Assembly (NCBI GenBank): GCA_963707645.1
Contig: CAVPQW010000008.1
Span: forward strand, 3,547-67,546
Source of the DNA: an uncultured Actinomycetes bacterium
GTDB lineage: Bacteria; Actinomycetota; UBA4738; JACQTL01
Reading direction: 5' to 3'
Length of the DNA: 64,000 nt
Shown: one piece after another, positions 18,522 through 28,257 of the stretch
Position numbering within the stretch: position 1 is the first letter of the stretch
Layout: each line of letters begins with the position of its first letter
Notes under the pieces: model-generated
Databases searched by the model: none
The model's input: the letters and a program-made list of their open reading frames with translations, nothing else
Told to the model about the DNA's origin: nothing
Position numbers and translations under genes: made by a program

Positions 18522-20889
18522 TTACGGAACCAGGGTCGCGGTCGACTCCGCGATCTCGTCGACCTTGGCTCGGGAGAGCGGGAGCGGGTGGTAGCGGCCC
18601 GTCGACCAGAGCTCCACGAGGTCCTTGTAGTGCGGTGATGCCGGGTTGCCGGACTGGCCGACCGTGTTCGTTCCCACGGACGCGTCGACGTCGGCGAGGT
18701 CGATGACGTGCCGCCACGACGGGATGACGACCGCGTTGTAGCCGGCGCCCGGCTCGAACAGGCCCTGGTGGATCGTCTGCTCGTCGCCGCCGATCTCGAT
18801 CTCGGCCGCGACGAACAGCGACTCGAGCCCCGGCAGGATCGCGAGCGGGTGGGCGAAGCGGATCTTGTGCAGCGCGCCCCACCGCCAGTCGTCCATGTCC
18901 TCGCCGAGCAGCGAGGTGAGCTCCGAGACCGCCTCGTCGAGCGTCTCGCGGAGCACGACGTCCCGTCCCGCCACCCCCTCTGCGCCGAACCATTGCGCGG
19001 TCGGGTTGCGCAGGAGCGTCGGCAGCACCTGCACCTGGAACGAGTTCGTCCACTGCCGCCGGCCGTAGAAGTGGTCGAACAGCTCGCCGCCGAGCTTCGG
19101 CAGCAGGATCGCCGTGGCGAGGTGCTTGCACCACGACTCGTAGATCCCGGCGGCGACCGAGTCGGCGGCCAGGTCGCCGTCCCACCCGTCGAGATACCCG
19201 AGCGCCGCCTTCTGCCGGTCGTCGGCCGGTTCGATCTCGCCCATGCAGAGAGCGATCTCCCGGGCGGGTTCGGACTGCGTGTCCATGTGCATCCGGGCGA
19301 ACGTCGCCGGCGAGTGCACGTCGGTCTCGCTCAACAGGCGGACGATGCGACGCGCGCGGACGTTCGGCAGGAAGTCCTTCCCGAGGTTGTACGGGTACGA
19401 GTCGTCGTGGATCCGCTGGTTCGCGCTCGCGATGAACCCCTGCGAGGGGTTCTCCGACCAGGGCAGGTCCTCGAACGGAACCCACCCGTCCCACTCGTAT
19501 TCCGAGGTCCACCCGGGAACCGGGAGCGTCCCGTCGTGCCCCGGGCGCCGGATCGGGTGGAGCCCGGTGCACTGGTACCCGATGTTCCCGTCGACGTCGG
19601 CGTAGACGAAGTTCTGGCCCGGGCACTCCCAGCCGCGGAGGGCCTCCCGGAACGACGCGAAGTCGGTCGCCTGCGCCAGCGCCAGCAGCACGCTCGGCTG
19701 GATACCGTGCGTCGCACCCACGTGCCGCAGCGCGTAGGTCTCGCGGATCCCGCCCTCCATCACGATGGGGTCGGCGATCCCGACCATGTACGAGTCGAGG
19801 ATCGGTCCGTGGCGCGTTTCGCGGACCTCGAGCACCTCCGGTTCGTCCCGCCCGCGCACGAAGATCTCCTCGCGGTGGATCGTGACCGGCTCCCACTCCC
19901 CGTCGTACAGCGCAGACGGCGCCGTCCTCGGACAGTCGCTCCAGGTAGAGGTCCTGCGTGTCGCCGCCGACGTTCGTCTCGCCCCACGCGTGGTGCGGCG
20001 TGTGCCCGATGACGATGCCCGGCGCGCCCGGCAGCGTGACGCCGCTCACGTCGAGCCCCGGCGCCGACAGGTGGCACTCGAACCAGATCGACGGCAGCAT
20101 CGCCCGCAGGTGCGGGTCGTTCGCCAGCAGCGGCTTGCCCGGACCGGTCCGCGACCCGGCCACGACCCAGTTGTTCGAGCCCTGGCCCTTCGGCGTCAGC
20201 GGCGCGTTCCGGAGGATGTCCAGCGCGCGGCGCCGCCCGAGCCCGCCGCCGTCCTTGCCCGGTACCACCACCGACGGGTCGCCGCTCACGTCGGGGAACA
20301 GCGCCAGCATCGCCTCGTACCCGAGCTTGTCGGCGATCTCGACGCGCAGGAGCTCGGCGTCCCAGTTCCCGGAGAGCATCCACGACATGAACGCCACGAC
20401 CGCGCCGCCGTCTGCCCGAGGACCTGCTCCTCGTCCTCGTACGCGGGCGGGTCGAGCTCGAGGATCCGGTACTCGACCGGCGGCGCGGGCATCGACGGCG
20501 ACCGCGGCCCGGTAGCCCGGCCACCATCGACCGCACCATCTCCATCGGATCGCTCGTCGTACGGACGCGATCAAGCGCCGCCCGGCGCGGTTGAGCCCGA
20601 CCGTCCGGAAGAACCGGTCGATCGAGACGGCGAACTCGCCGATCAGCTCGGACAGCCGGCCCGTCGCGAGCCGGATGGTGAAGTCCGTCTGGAACAGCCG
20701 TTCCTGCGCCATGACGAACCCCTGGGCCAGGAACACGTCCGGGAGCGACGACGCGAAGATGTGGGGGACGCCCCACCGGTCGCGGACGACCTCGACGGGC
20801 TCGCGGAGCCCGGGCACGCCGAGCTCACCCTCGACCACCGGCAGCGCCTCCCGCGCCTGCCCCATCAGCATCTCGGCCCAGTCACTCAT
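18522..20889 (-). pseudogene. Penicillin acylase (S45, Ntn-hydrolase) family protein; frame broken at least 5 times as assembled
   Basis: Start ATG 20889 (MSDWAEMLMGQAREALPVVEGELGVPGLREPVEVVRDRWGVPHIFA...). Pieces lie in ORFs 18277..21171, 19760..20776, 20286..20492 and 18522..19859. GSNNWVVAGSRTGPGKPLLANDPHL is the nucleophile region. Frame changes near 20560, 20515, 20490, 20420 and 19925. Confidence 0.8.
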
Positions 20890-21056
20890 CCGTGCGCGGC
20901 TCCCTTCCGGTCTCGTGCGGTGACGAAGCCCCACGGTACGGGCCGGGCAGCGATCCGAGCAACCGCGCGTCGTTTGAGTCGGCCCACGCTGACCTGCAAC
21001 AATGCGGCCCCACCGGCCGGAATCCACAGGGCCGGTCCCCACAGGGAGAGCTTGCG

Positions 21057-22821
21057 ATGACCGATCACCGTCCCTGGTTCGCGCAGTACCCGGAGGGCGT
21101 CCCGCACACGCTCGAGCCCTACCCGGAGAAGAACCTGTTCTCGCATCCTGGCGGAGTCGGCCGAGCGGCATCCCGGCGCGCCGGCCGTCGTGTGGTCGGT
21201 TCCGGGCGGCAAGACGCTCACGTACGCCGAGCTGCTGGCGCGAGACGGAGCGGTTCTCCGCGGTGCTCGCCGGCCTCGGCGTGAAGAAGGGCGACCGGGT
21301 CGCGCTGATCCTGCCGAACTGCCCCCAGTACGTGATCGCGTACTACGCGACGCGTTCGGATCGGCGGCGTGATCGTCGGGAACAACCCGCTGTACACGGC
21401 GCGCGAGCTCTCCCACCAGCTCAACGACTGCGGCGCCGAGGTCGTGGTCGTGCTCGACTCGCTGTGGCCCAACCTCAAGAACATCGAGAACGAGTACAAG
21501 CCGCGCGAGACCGTCGTCACGAGCGTCACCGACTACATGTCGTTCCCGATCAACATGCTCGCCCCGATGAAGCTGAAGAAGGAGGCAAAGCACGAGGGGC
21601 ACCCGTGGCCGCCCGTTCCCAAGGACGCGCCGGTCAGGTGGTGGAAGAAGGTCATGGGCTCGGCGGGCACGCCGCCGCCGGTCGCCGAGGTCGACGCGAA
21701 GAACGACCCCGCCGGGTTCATCTACACGGGCGGCACGACGGGCCTGTCCAAGGGCGCGATGCTCTCGCACTTCAACCTGGTGGCGAACGCCATGCAGGGC
21801 GCGGCGTGGTTCCCCCAGCTCGGCGACGGCACGGATTCGATGATGTGCGTGCTGCCGTTCTTCCATTCCTACGGCATGACGGTGTGCATGAACGTCGGCA
21901 TCCTCAGGGCGGCGAAGCTCGTGCTGATGCCGCGGTTCGTGCTCGAGGACACGCTGAAGGCCATCCAGAAGGAGCGCCCGACGATGTTCCCCGGCGTTCC
22001 CGCGCCTGTACATCGCGCTCAACGAGGCGGAGGAGACGAAGAAGTACGACATCACCTCGATCACGGCGTGCTTCTCGGGAGCGGCGGCCCTGCCCCTCGC
22101 GGTGGCGAAGAAGTTCGAGGGGCTGACCGGCTCGAGGGTGGTGGAGGGCTACGGCCTGACCGAGACCTCGCCGATCACGCACGCGAATCCCGTCGTCGGC
22201 GAGCGTCGCGAGGGGTTCATCGGGATCCCCATGCCGGACACCGACTGCAAGCTGGTCGACCTCGACGACGCCACCAAGGAGGTGCCTGAGGGCGAGCCCG
22301 GGGAGCTCGCCATCAGCGGTCCGCAGGTCATGCTCGGCTACTGGAACAAGCCCGACGAGACGGCCGGCATGATCAAGGAGGAGAACGGCGTCCGGTGGCT
22401 GTACACCGGCGACGTCGCGCAGCTCGACGAGACGGGATGGTTCAAGATCGTCGACCGGAAGAAGGAGATGATCATCGTCTCCGGGTTCAACGTGTACCCG
22501 ACCGACATCGAACAGGCGCTGTACCACAACCCCAAGATCGAGAAGGTGGCGGTCGTGGGCGTCCCGGATGAGACGACCGGCGAGGCCGTGAAGGCGTTCA
22601 TCGTCCTCCGCAAGGGTGAGACCGCGACCCCCGAGGAGATCATCAAGTGGAGCCGGAACGAGCTCACCGGCTACCGCGTCCCCAAGCAGGTCGAGTTCCG
22701 CGACTCGCTGCCCGAGACGCTGGTCGGCAAGGTACTGCGCCGGGTCCTGGTCGAAGAGGAGAAGCAGAAGCAGAAGGAAGCAGCCGCCTCGGGTTCCGGT
22801 TCGGGGTCGAGCTCGGGCTGA
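21057..22821 (+). pseudogene. Long-chain acyl-CoA synthetase (AMP-dependent ligase, FadD-like); frame broken about 4 times as assembled
   Basis: ATG 21057 (MTDHRPWFAQYPEGVP...). Pieces lie in ORFs 20892..21284, 21190..21372, 21002..22126, 21369..22289 and 22102..22821. AMP-binding motif FIYTGGTTGLSKGAMLSH, plus GYGLTETSP and YTGDVAQLDETGWFKIVDRKKE. Frame changes near 21148, 21243, 21355 and 22000. Confidence 0.85.
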
Positions 22822-22908
22822 TCAGAGCCCCTCGCCGGAGACCACGAACCGCCGTTGGTGGCACACTGGGCCGGCTCGATCTGCTCGTGATCCGATCGGA
22901 GGTTCGAC

Positions 22909-23160
22909 ATGGCGAGGTTGACGGGCGTGGTGGCGAGGAGCAACGCTCCGGCCCAGGGTGCGTATGTGCAGCTGCGGAACCTCGGCGGGGACTTCCAGGC
23001 AGAGATCCGGACGGGCGAAGACGGGAAGTACACGTTCCACCCGGTGCCCGGGCAGTGGCGGCTGGTGTGGTTCGCCCCGCAGACGGCGATCACCGAGCGC
23101 GTCGTCGAGGTGGCCGATGACGACGACGACATGGTGGTCGACCTCACGCTCGAGGAGTAG
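22909..23160 (+). CDS. DUF1416 (SseC-like) small protein associated with sulfur metabolism
   Basis: 83 aa. LTGVVARSNAPAQGAYVQLRNLGGDFQAEIRTGEDGKYTFHPVPGQWRLVWF parallels the mycobacterial SseC/DUF1416 pattern (ITGRV...GAFVRLLDSS.EFTAEV...G.FRFFAAPG.W.L). Confidence 0.7.
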   Translation: MARLTGVVARSNAPAQGAYVQLRNLGGDFQAEIRTGEDGKYTFHPVPGQWRLVWFAPQTAITERVVEVADDDDDMVVDLTLEE

Positions 23161-23195
23161 CGTCCGGCCCTTCAGGAGGGATTCCTCCGTTCCGA

Positions 23196-23224
23196 TTGAC
23201 AGGGAACTGAGGTGCCGGTACGTT
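23196..23224 (+). promoter_or_regulatory. Sigma-70/SigA-like promoter TTGACA-N17-TACGTT
   Basis: TTGACA at 23196-23201, a 17-nt spacer, TACGTT at 23219-23224. Such matches are rare in this GC-rich DNA. It lies about 265 nt upstream of sirA. Confidence 0.5.
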
Positions 23225-23269
23225 GCAGGTGCAATTCCCCATCCAGTTGATCGGATTCGGGTACAGCTC

Positions 23270-23383
23270 ATGATTCGAACGAGGTGCTACGGAGTCGTCG
23301 GGGCCATGATCCCCAGCCGCATGTGCGCCTGTCCCGGCGTTCCGTGCCTGCCGGAGGGCACGGAGGAGGCGGTGCGGCCGTAG
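23270..23383 (+). CDS. Candidate Cys-rich leader peptide (37 aa) of the sulfite reductase operon
   Basis: ATG 23270 to TAG 23381-23383: MIRTRCYGVVGAMIPSRMCACPGVPCLPEGTEEAVRP. It contains 4 Cys codons. Its last codons form one strand of an antiterminator (see findings). Confidence 0.4.
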   Translation: MIRTRCYGVVGAMIPSRMCACPGVPCLPEGTEEAVRP

Positions 23384-23416
23384 CAACCCACATCCGGTAG
23401 ATCGAACACCACCCAC

Positions 23417-23450
23417 GGGCCGCACCAGCAAGCGGCTCGTTTTTCTTTCC
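23417..23450 (+). terminator. Intrinsic terminator/attenuator 38 nt upstream of the sirA start
   Basis: Stem GGGCCGC (23417-23423) / GCGGCTC (23432-23438), 7 bp including one G-U, with loop ACCAGCAA. It is followed by GTTTTTCTTTCC, an unusual T-run for this sequence. Confidence 0.55.
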
Positions 23451-23488
23451 CGGGTTGGCGACGGATCTGCCGGAGGTGTGCACCAGCG

Positions 23489-25148
23489 ATGACGGAGGAC
23501 CGGAAATACGGGGGCGGCGAACGCCGTCCGCTTCGGCCCGAGCCCACGTGGGACGAGGTCCTCGAGCGCAACGCGATCGAGCGGCTGAAGCGGGACCGTC
23601 CCCCGGTGGATGCGTTGCAGGATCTGCCTTCGTTGGCCGCGACCCACTACCTCGACATCCCCGAGGAGGAGCTCGTCCGGCTGAAGTGGCACGGGCTGTA
23701 CCACGACAAGCCCAAGGTCGGGTCGTTCATGCTCCGGATCAAGGTCCCCGCGGGTGTGCTGTCGCCCTCGGGGCTGCGGGCGATCGGGTCGGTCTCGCAG
23801 CGGTACGGCGAGGGGTCGGCCGAGCTGTCGACCCGGCAGAACGTCCAGTTGCACTTCGTTCGGCTCCCGGACGTGCCGGCGATCCTGGATGAACTCGCGG
23901 CGGCGGGGCTGACCACCGCGGGAGCGTGCGGCGACGCGGTCCGGAACATCACCGGGTGCCCCTTGCAGGGCGTGCTGGCCGGCGAGGCGTTCGACGTGAC
24001 GCCGGTGGTCGACGAGGCGGCGCGGTTCTTCTACGGGCACCGCGTGTACATGGACCTGCCGCGCAAGCACAAGATCACGATCAGTGCGTGCCCGGCGCAG
24101 TGCGACATGCCGGAGATCAACTGCATCGCGTTGATCGGTCTGGTGCGGGACGGCGTGAACGGGTTCGCCGTGCGGGTGGGCGGCGGGCTCTCGACGGTGC
24201 CGCGGCTGTCGCGCGACCTCGGCGTGTGGATCCCGGTCGAGGATGCGATGCCGGTGATGCAGGCGCTGCTCGACGCGTGGCGCGAGGATCGGCGCTACCG
24301 CATCTCGCGCGTGAAGGCCCGGATGAAGTTCTGGGTCGACGACCATGGCATCGAGGCGATCCGCGCGATGGTGGAGGAACGGCTGGGGCGCTCCCTCGAC
24401 GGACGGCGCCGCGCCGGAGGCGGTCGGGTTCGCCGACCACATGGGCGTGTTCGAACAGGGCGACGGGCAGTTCCACGTCGGGGTTCCGGTGCCGCTCGGG
24501 CTGTCGTCCGGGTCGCAGCTGATGGCGATCGCTGGCCTTGCCGAGGAGGCCGGCGGCGACGTTCGGCTGACCAAGCAGCAGAACCTGATCCTGGCGAACG
24601 TCGCGGCCGACCGGGTCGACCACGTGGTCGCAGCGCTGGATGAGCTCGGTCTGCCCGTCGACGCCAACCTGTTGCGGGCCACGGCCATCGCGTGCACGGG
24701 TGAGCCCCACTGCAACTACTCGGTGACCGAGACCAAGGGTCGGATGCGCGGCCTGCTCGCGCATCTCGAGGGACGGTGGGGAACCTCGCTCGGATCGTTC
24801 CAGGTGAACCTCGACGGGTGCCCGCACGCCTGCGCCCTGCACTGGGTCGGTGACATCGGGCTGATGGGAACGACGAGCCGGGAGCCGGTCGAGGGGTCGA
24901 AGCAGGCCTTCGACGTGTTCCTGCGGGGCGGCGTCGGGCCGCTCCAGGCGATCGCCCGGCCGCTCGTCCGGCGGGTCCCCACGGGGCGGCTCGAGGAAGC
25001 CGTGGACGGGCTGATCGAGGGATGGATCGCCGGGCGGGCAGACGGCGAGTCGTTCCGGGACTTCTGCATCCGGACCCCGGACGAGGAGCTCCAGGCGCTG
25101 GCGGGCGGTTCCGCCGCCCGGGCTGCGACGGGAGGCGAGGCGGCATGA
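23489..25148 (+). CDS. sirA: Ferredoxin-dependent assimilatory sulfite reductase (NirA/SirA type); one frameshift near 24390 as assembled
   Basis: ORFs 23489..24643 and 24345..25148 join into one sirA-like protein. LKWHGLYHDKPKVGSFMLRIKVPAG, TRQNVQLH, ACGDAVRNITGCP, and the siroheme/4Fe-4S motif TGEPHCNYS...DGCPHACA. The frame change coincides with a G-run (ctggggcgc). Confidence 0.9.
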
Positions 25149-25208
25149 GGACTTCTCGAATGAGGAGCTCCGGCGCGACCGGCGGCGGCGCGCCGGGAAG
25201 GAGGCGAC

Positions 25209-25972
25209 GTGATCGACGTGACGGTGCTCGACGAGTACGAGGCCGGCGAGCTCTCCGTGCTCTACGACGACGCGCCCGCCCAGGAGGTCCTGGAGTGGGC
25301 GCTCGACCGGTTCCACCCGCGGATGGCCATCTCGGAGGGCGGCGGCGCCGAGGGCATGGCCATCCTCGACATGGCCGTGCGGATCCGGGACGACGTCCGC
25401 GTGTTCACGATCGACACCGGCCGTCTGCCGCAGGAGACGTACGACCTCATGGAGAACGTCCGAAAGCGGTACGGGATCCAGGTCGAGGTGCTGTTCCCGG
25501 ATACGGCGGCGGTCGAGGGCCTGGTGAACCGCCACGGGCCGAACCTCATGTACCAGGCCGTGGACATGCGCCTGCTGTGCTGCCAGGTCCGGAAGGTCCA
25601 GCCGCTGGTGAAGCACCTGAGCGGCCTCGACGCGTGGGCCACCGGGCTGCGCCGCGAGCAGTGGGCGTCGCGGGCGGAGGTTCGCAAGATCGAGATCGAC
25701 CACGACCACGGCGGCATCGCCAAGATCAACCCGCTCGCCGACTGGACCAAGGCCGAGGTGTGGGGCGTACATCAAGGCGAACGACGTCCCGTACCACGCG
25801 CTGTTCGACCAGGGCTACACGTCGATCGGCTGCGCGCCGTGCACCCGGCCGATCGCCGAGGGCGAGCAGGACCGCGCCGGCCGGTGGTGGTGGGAGAAGA
25901 ACGCGCCCAAGGAGTGCGGCATCCACTGCGCGATCAACACCGGCGGGTTCGAACACGAGCTCAAGGCGCTGA
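25209..25972 (+). CDS. cysH: Adenylyl-sulfate (APS)/PAPS reductase CysH, Fe-S type; frameshift near 25768 and 3' end unresolved
   Basis: GTG 25209 with GGAAGGAGG RBS. FTIDTGRLPQETY, the CC pair (LLCCQVRKV), then after a frame change YIKANDVPYHALFDQGYTSIGCAPCTRP...RWWWEKNAPKECGIH. The post-shift frame has no nearby stop, so the end coordinate is a guess at the nearest TGA in an adjacent frame. Confidence 0.8.
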
Positions 25973-26080
25973 TCGGCGACGGCGACGGCCGCCGCGGAGC
26001 CGCTCTCCGTCGACGGCGACGTGGTGACGCTCGAGCGCCGCCGCGTCCGCCCCGGTCACGGACCCCGAGGAGGAGGTCGC

Positions 26081-26548
26081 ATGAAGCTGGCGGAGGCGGA
26101 CCGGGAAGTCGTCGTGTCCGAGGCACTCGCGGTGGCGGAGGAGCTTCCGCCGGGCGAGACGCGCGCGGAGTTCCAGGAGCTTGCGTACGCGGCGGAACAG
26201 GGCGAGGTGCCGGGCGACCTGGCCGGGCGGCTCGGCGAGCTGGCAGCGGTTGCCCTCGAGACCGGACGGGCCCGGGCGGTGCACGGTCCGGACGGGGTTC
26301 GGTCGCTGACCGGCGTGTGGCGGGAGACGCCGCAGGGTCGCGCGGTGGCCGAGGACGTCGAGGGGCTGAACTCGGCGCTCCGCGCCGTGCGCGGGCACCC
26401 GATCGAGAACGTGCGTGTCGCGGTGACGTCGCCGGGTTCGTATTCGCTGGTGATTGCCGCCGGCCCGTACGAGCTTCGGGTGGCACTGGATCGGGCCGGC
26501 GCCTCCCTGCGTTCGGTGAACGTCGGCGGCGGCGGGAGCGGGGAGTAG
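26081..26548 (+). CDS. Hypothetical protein embedded in the sulfite reductase/siroheme operon
   Basis: ATG 26081 preceded by GAGGAGGAGG, inside ORF 26021..26548. MKLAEADREVVVSEALAVAEELPPGETRAEFQELAYAAEQGEVPGDLAGRLGELAAVALETG... has a balanced acidic composition. No family recognised. Confidence 0.55.
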   Translation: MKLAEADREVVVSEALAVAEELPPGETRAEFQELAYAAEQGEVPGDLAGRLGELAAVALETGRARAVHGPDGVRSLTGVWRETPQGRAVAEDVEGLNSALRAVRGHPIENVRVAVTSPGSYSLVIAAGPYELRVALDRAGASLRSVNVGGGGSGE

Positions 26549-26555
26549 CGCTCGG

Positions 26556-27270
26556 ATGGCGTTCGGCTATCCGGTGTTCCTGGAGCTCGAGGGTCGGCTC
26601 GTCGTCGTGATCGGCGAGGACGCCGTCCGCGCCGGGAAGGCGGATGGCGCTGCTCGACGCCGGCGCCAGGGTCACGGTCGTCGCGGCCGGTCCGGAGCGG
26701 CGGTTGCAGCAGCTGGAAGGTCGCGGCGCGTCGGTGGAACGGCGCGACTATCTCCCGGGCGACCTTGCGGGCGTATTCCTCTGCGTGGCGGCGTCCTCCG
26801 ATCCGGCCGTGCGTTCCTCGATCGCGGCTGAGGCCCGGGCCCGCGGGGTTCTGGTGAACGTGATGGACGACATCCCCAACTGCGACTTCGCGGCGCCGGC
26901 GGTGGTTCGTCGGGGCGACCTGCAGGTCGCGATCGGAACCGGAGGCCGTTCCCCGGCGCTGGCCCGGCGTCTGCGCGAGGAGCTTTCGGAACGCTACGGC
27001 CCGGAGTGGACGGAAGCCGTCCGGGTCATCGGCGACGTGCGCAGCGACACGCTCCCCGCGCTCCCCGACCTCGAGGACCGCGCCCAGCGATGGGCGGCGG
27101 CGCTCGATCTCGAGGAGCTGCTCCGACTCGTCAGCGAAGGGCGCTCGGCGGAGGCCGCCGGGCGCCTCACGGCCCGCCTCCTCACCAACCCCCCGGAGGA
27201 TGGCGAACCGACCGGTCCGGGCCGGGCTGACGCCCGGCCCGCACCGGTCTCCCAGGGAGCCCCGGTGTGA
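26556..27270 (+). CDS. Precorrin-2 dehydrogenase / sirohydrochlorin ferrochelatase (SirC/Met8/CysG N-domain-like); one frameshift near 26640
   Basis: MAFGYPVFLELEGRLVVVIGEDAVRAGK (Rossmann) in ORF 26556..26831 continues as ALLDAGARVTVVAAGP...VNVMDDIPNCDFAAPAVVRRGDLQVAIGTGGRSPALARRLREEL in ORF 26644..27270. Confidence 0.8.
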
Positions 27271-28073
27271 GGCTCGGGACCGTGTTCCTCGTGGGCGCGG
27301 GGCCGGGCGACCCTCGACTGCTCACGCTTCGCGGCGCCGAGCTGCTCCAGCGCGCCGACGTCGTCGTGCACGACCGACTGGCCCCCGCGGCGCTGCTCGC
27401 GCTCGCCCCGGCCGCCGCCGAGATCGTCGACGTCGGCAAGGGCGTCGGCCGTGGCCCTCGCCAGGAGGACATCTGCGACCTGCTGGTCGGCCTGGCCTTG
27501 CGAGGCCTGGACGTGGTCCGCCTGAAGGGCGGCGACCCGTTCGTGTTCGGCCGCGGGGGCGAGGAAGCGCTCGCCTGCGCTCGGGCCGGCGTTCCGTTCG
27601 AGGTGGTCCCCGGTGTCAGCTCGGCGGTCGCGGCCCCGGCGGCCGCCGGAATCCCGGTGACGCACCGGGGGGTGGCTGCCTCGTTCGCGGTGGTCACCGC
27701 CACGCTGTCGGGCGGCGCCGACAACGAGCTCGGCCGGGTCGCGGCGAACGTCGACACCGTCGTCGTGCTCATGGCCGCCGGGCGTCTCGACCGCGTGTGC
27801 CGCGCGGTGATCGACGCCGGCAGGTCCCCGGACGAACCGGCGGCCGCCGTTCAGTGGGCAACCACGCCCAGGCAACGAACAGTGGTCGGGACGCTCGCGA
27901 CGCTCCCGGAGCTCGCCCGCCGGGAGGGCGTCGGCGCGCCGGCGACGCTCGTCATCGGCCCAGTGGTCGATCTCGCGTTCGTGCTCGGAGCCGCCACGAG
28001 TCCCGCGGCGGCAGAGTCCGCCGGCGATGGTGGATCCGAGCACGAGGTCTTCTCCACCAGCACCTCCGCCTAG
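27267..28073 (+). CDS. cobA: Uroporphyrinogen-III C-methyltransferase (SUMT)
   Basis: GTG 27267 overlaps the upstream TGA (GTGA). VFLVGAGPGDPRLLTLRGAELLQRADVVVHD...RLKGGDPFVFGRGGEE...VPGVSSAVAAPAAAGIPVTHRG. Confidence 0.9.
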   Translation: MRLGTVFLVGAGPGDPRLLTLRGAELLQRADVVVHDRLAPAALLALAPAAAEIVDVGKGVGRGPRQEDICDLLVGLALRGLDVVRLKGGDPFVFGRGGEEALACARAGVPFEVVPGVSSAVAAPAAAGIPVTHRGVAASFAVVTATLSGGADNELGRVAANVDTVVVLMAAGRLDRVCRAVIDAGRSPDEPAAAVQWATTPRQRTVVGTLATLPELARREGVGAPATLVIGPVVDLAFVLGAATSPAAAESAGDGGSEHEVFSTSTSA

Positions 28074-28257
28074 TCCCGGCGTTCGTCGGGCGCTGAACTT
28101 CCCGTTGACCGCCGGACCCTCGGTCACGCCCACGGGCGAACCCGCGACGACGATGGAACCGATCCGTGGACGTGTGCGTCCTGGTATCCGCGCCGCCGAC
28201 CCGATGGGGCTCGCGTTGCGAACGGGTGGGGTGTTTCGTCGAACTGGAGGTGGAGCA

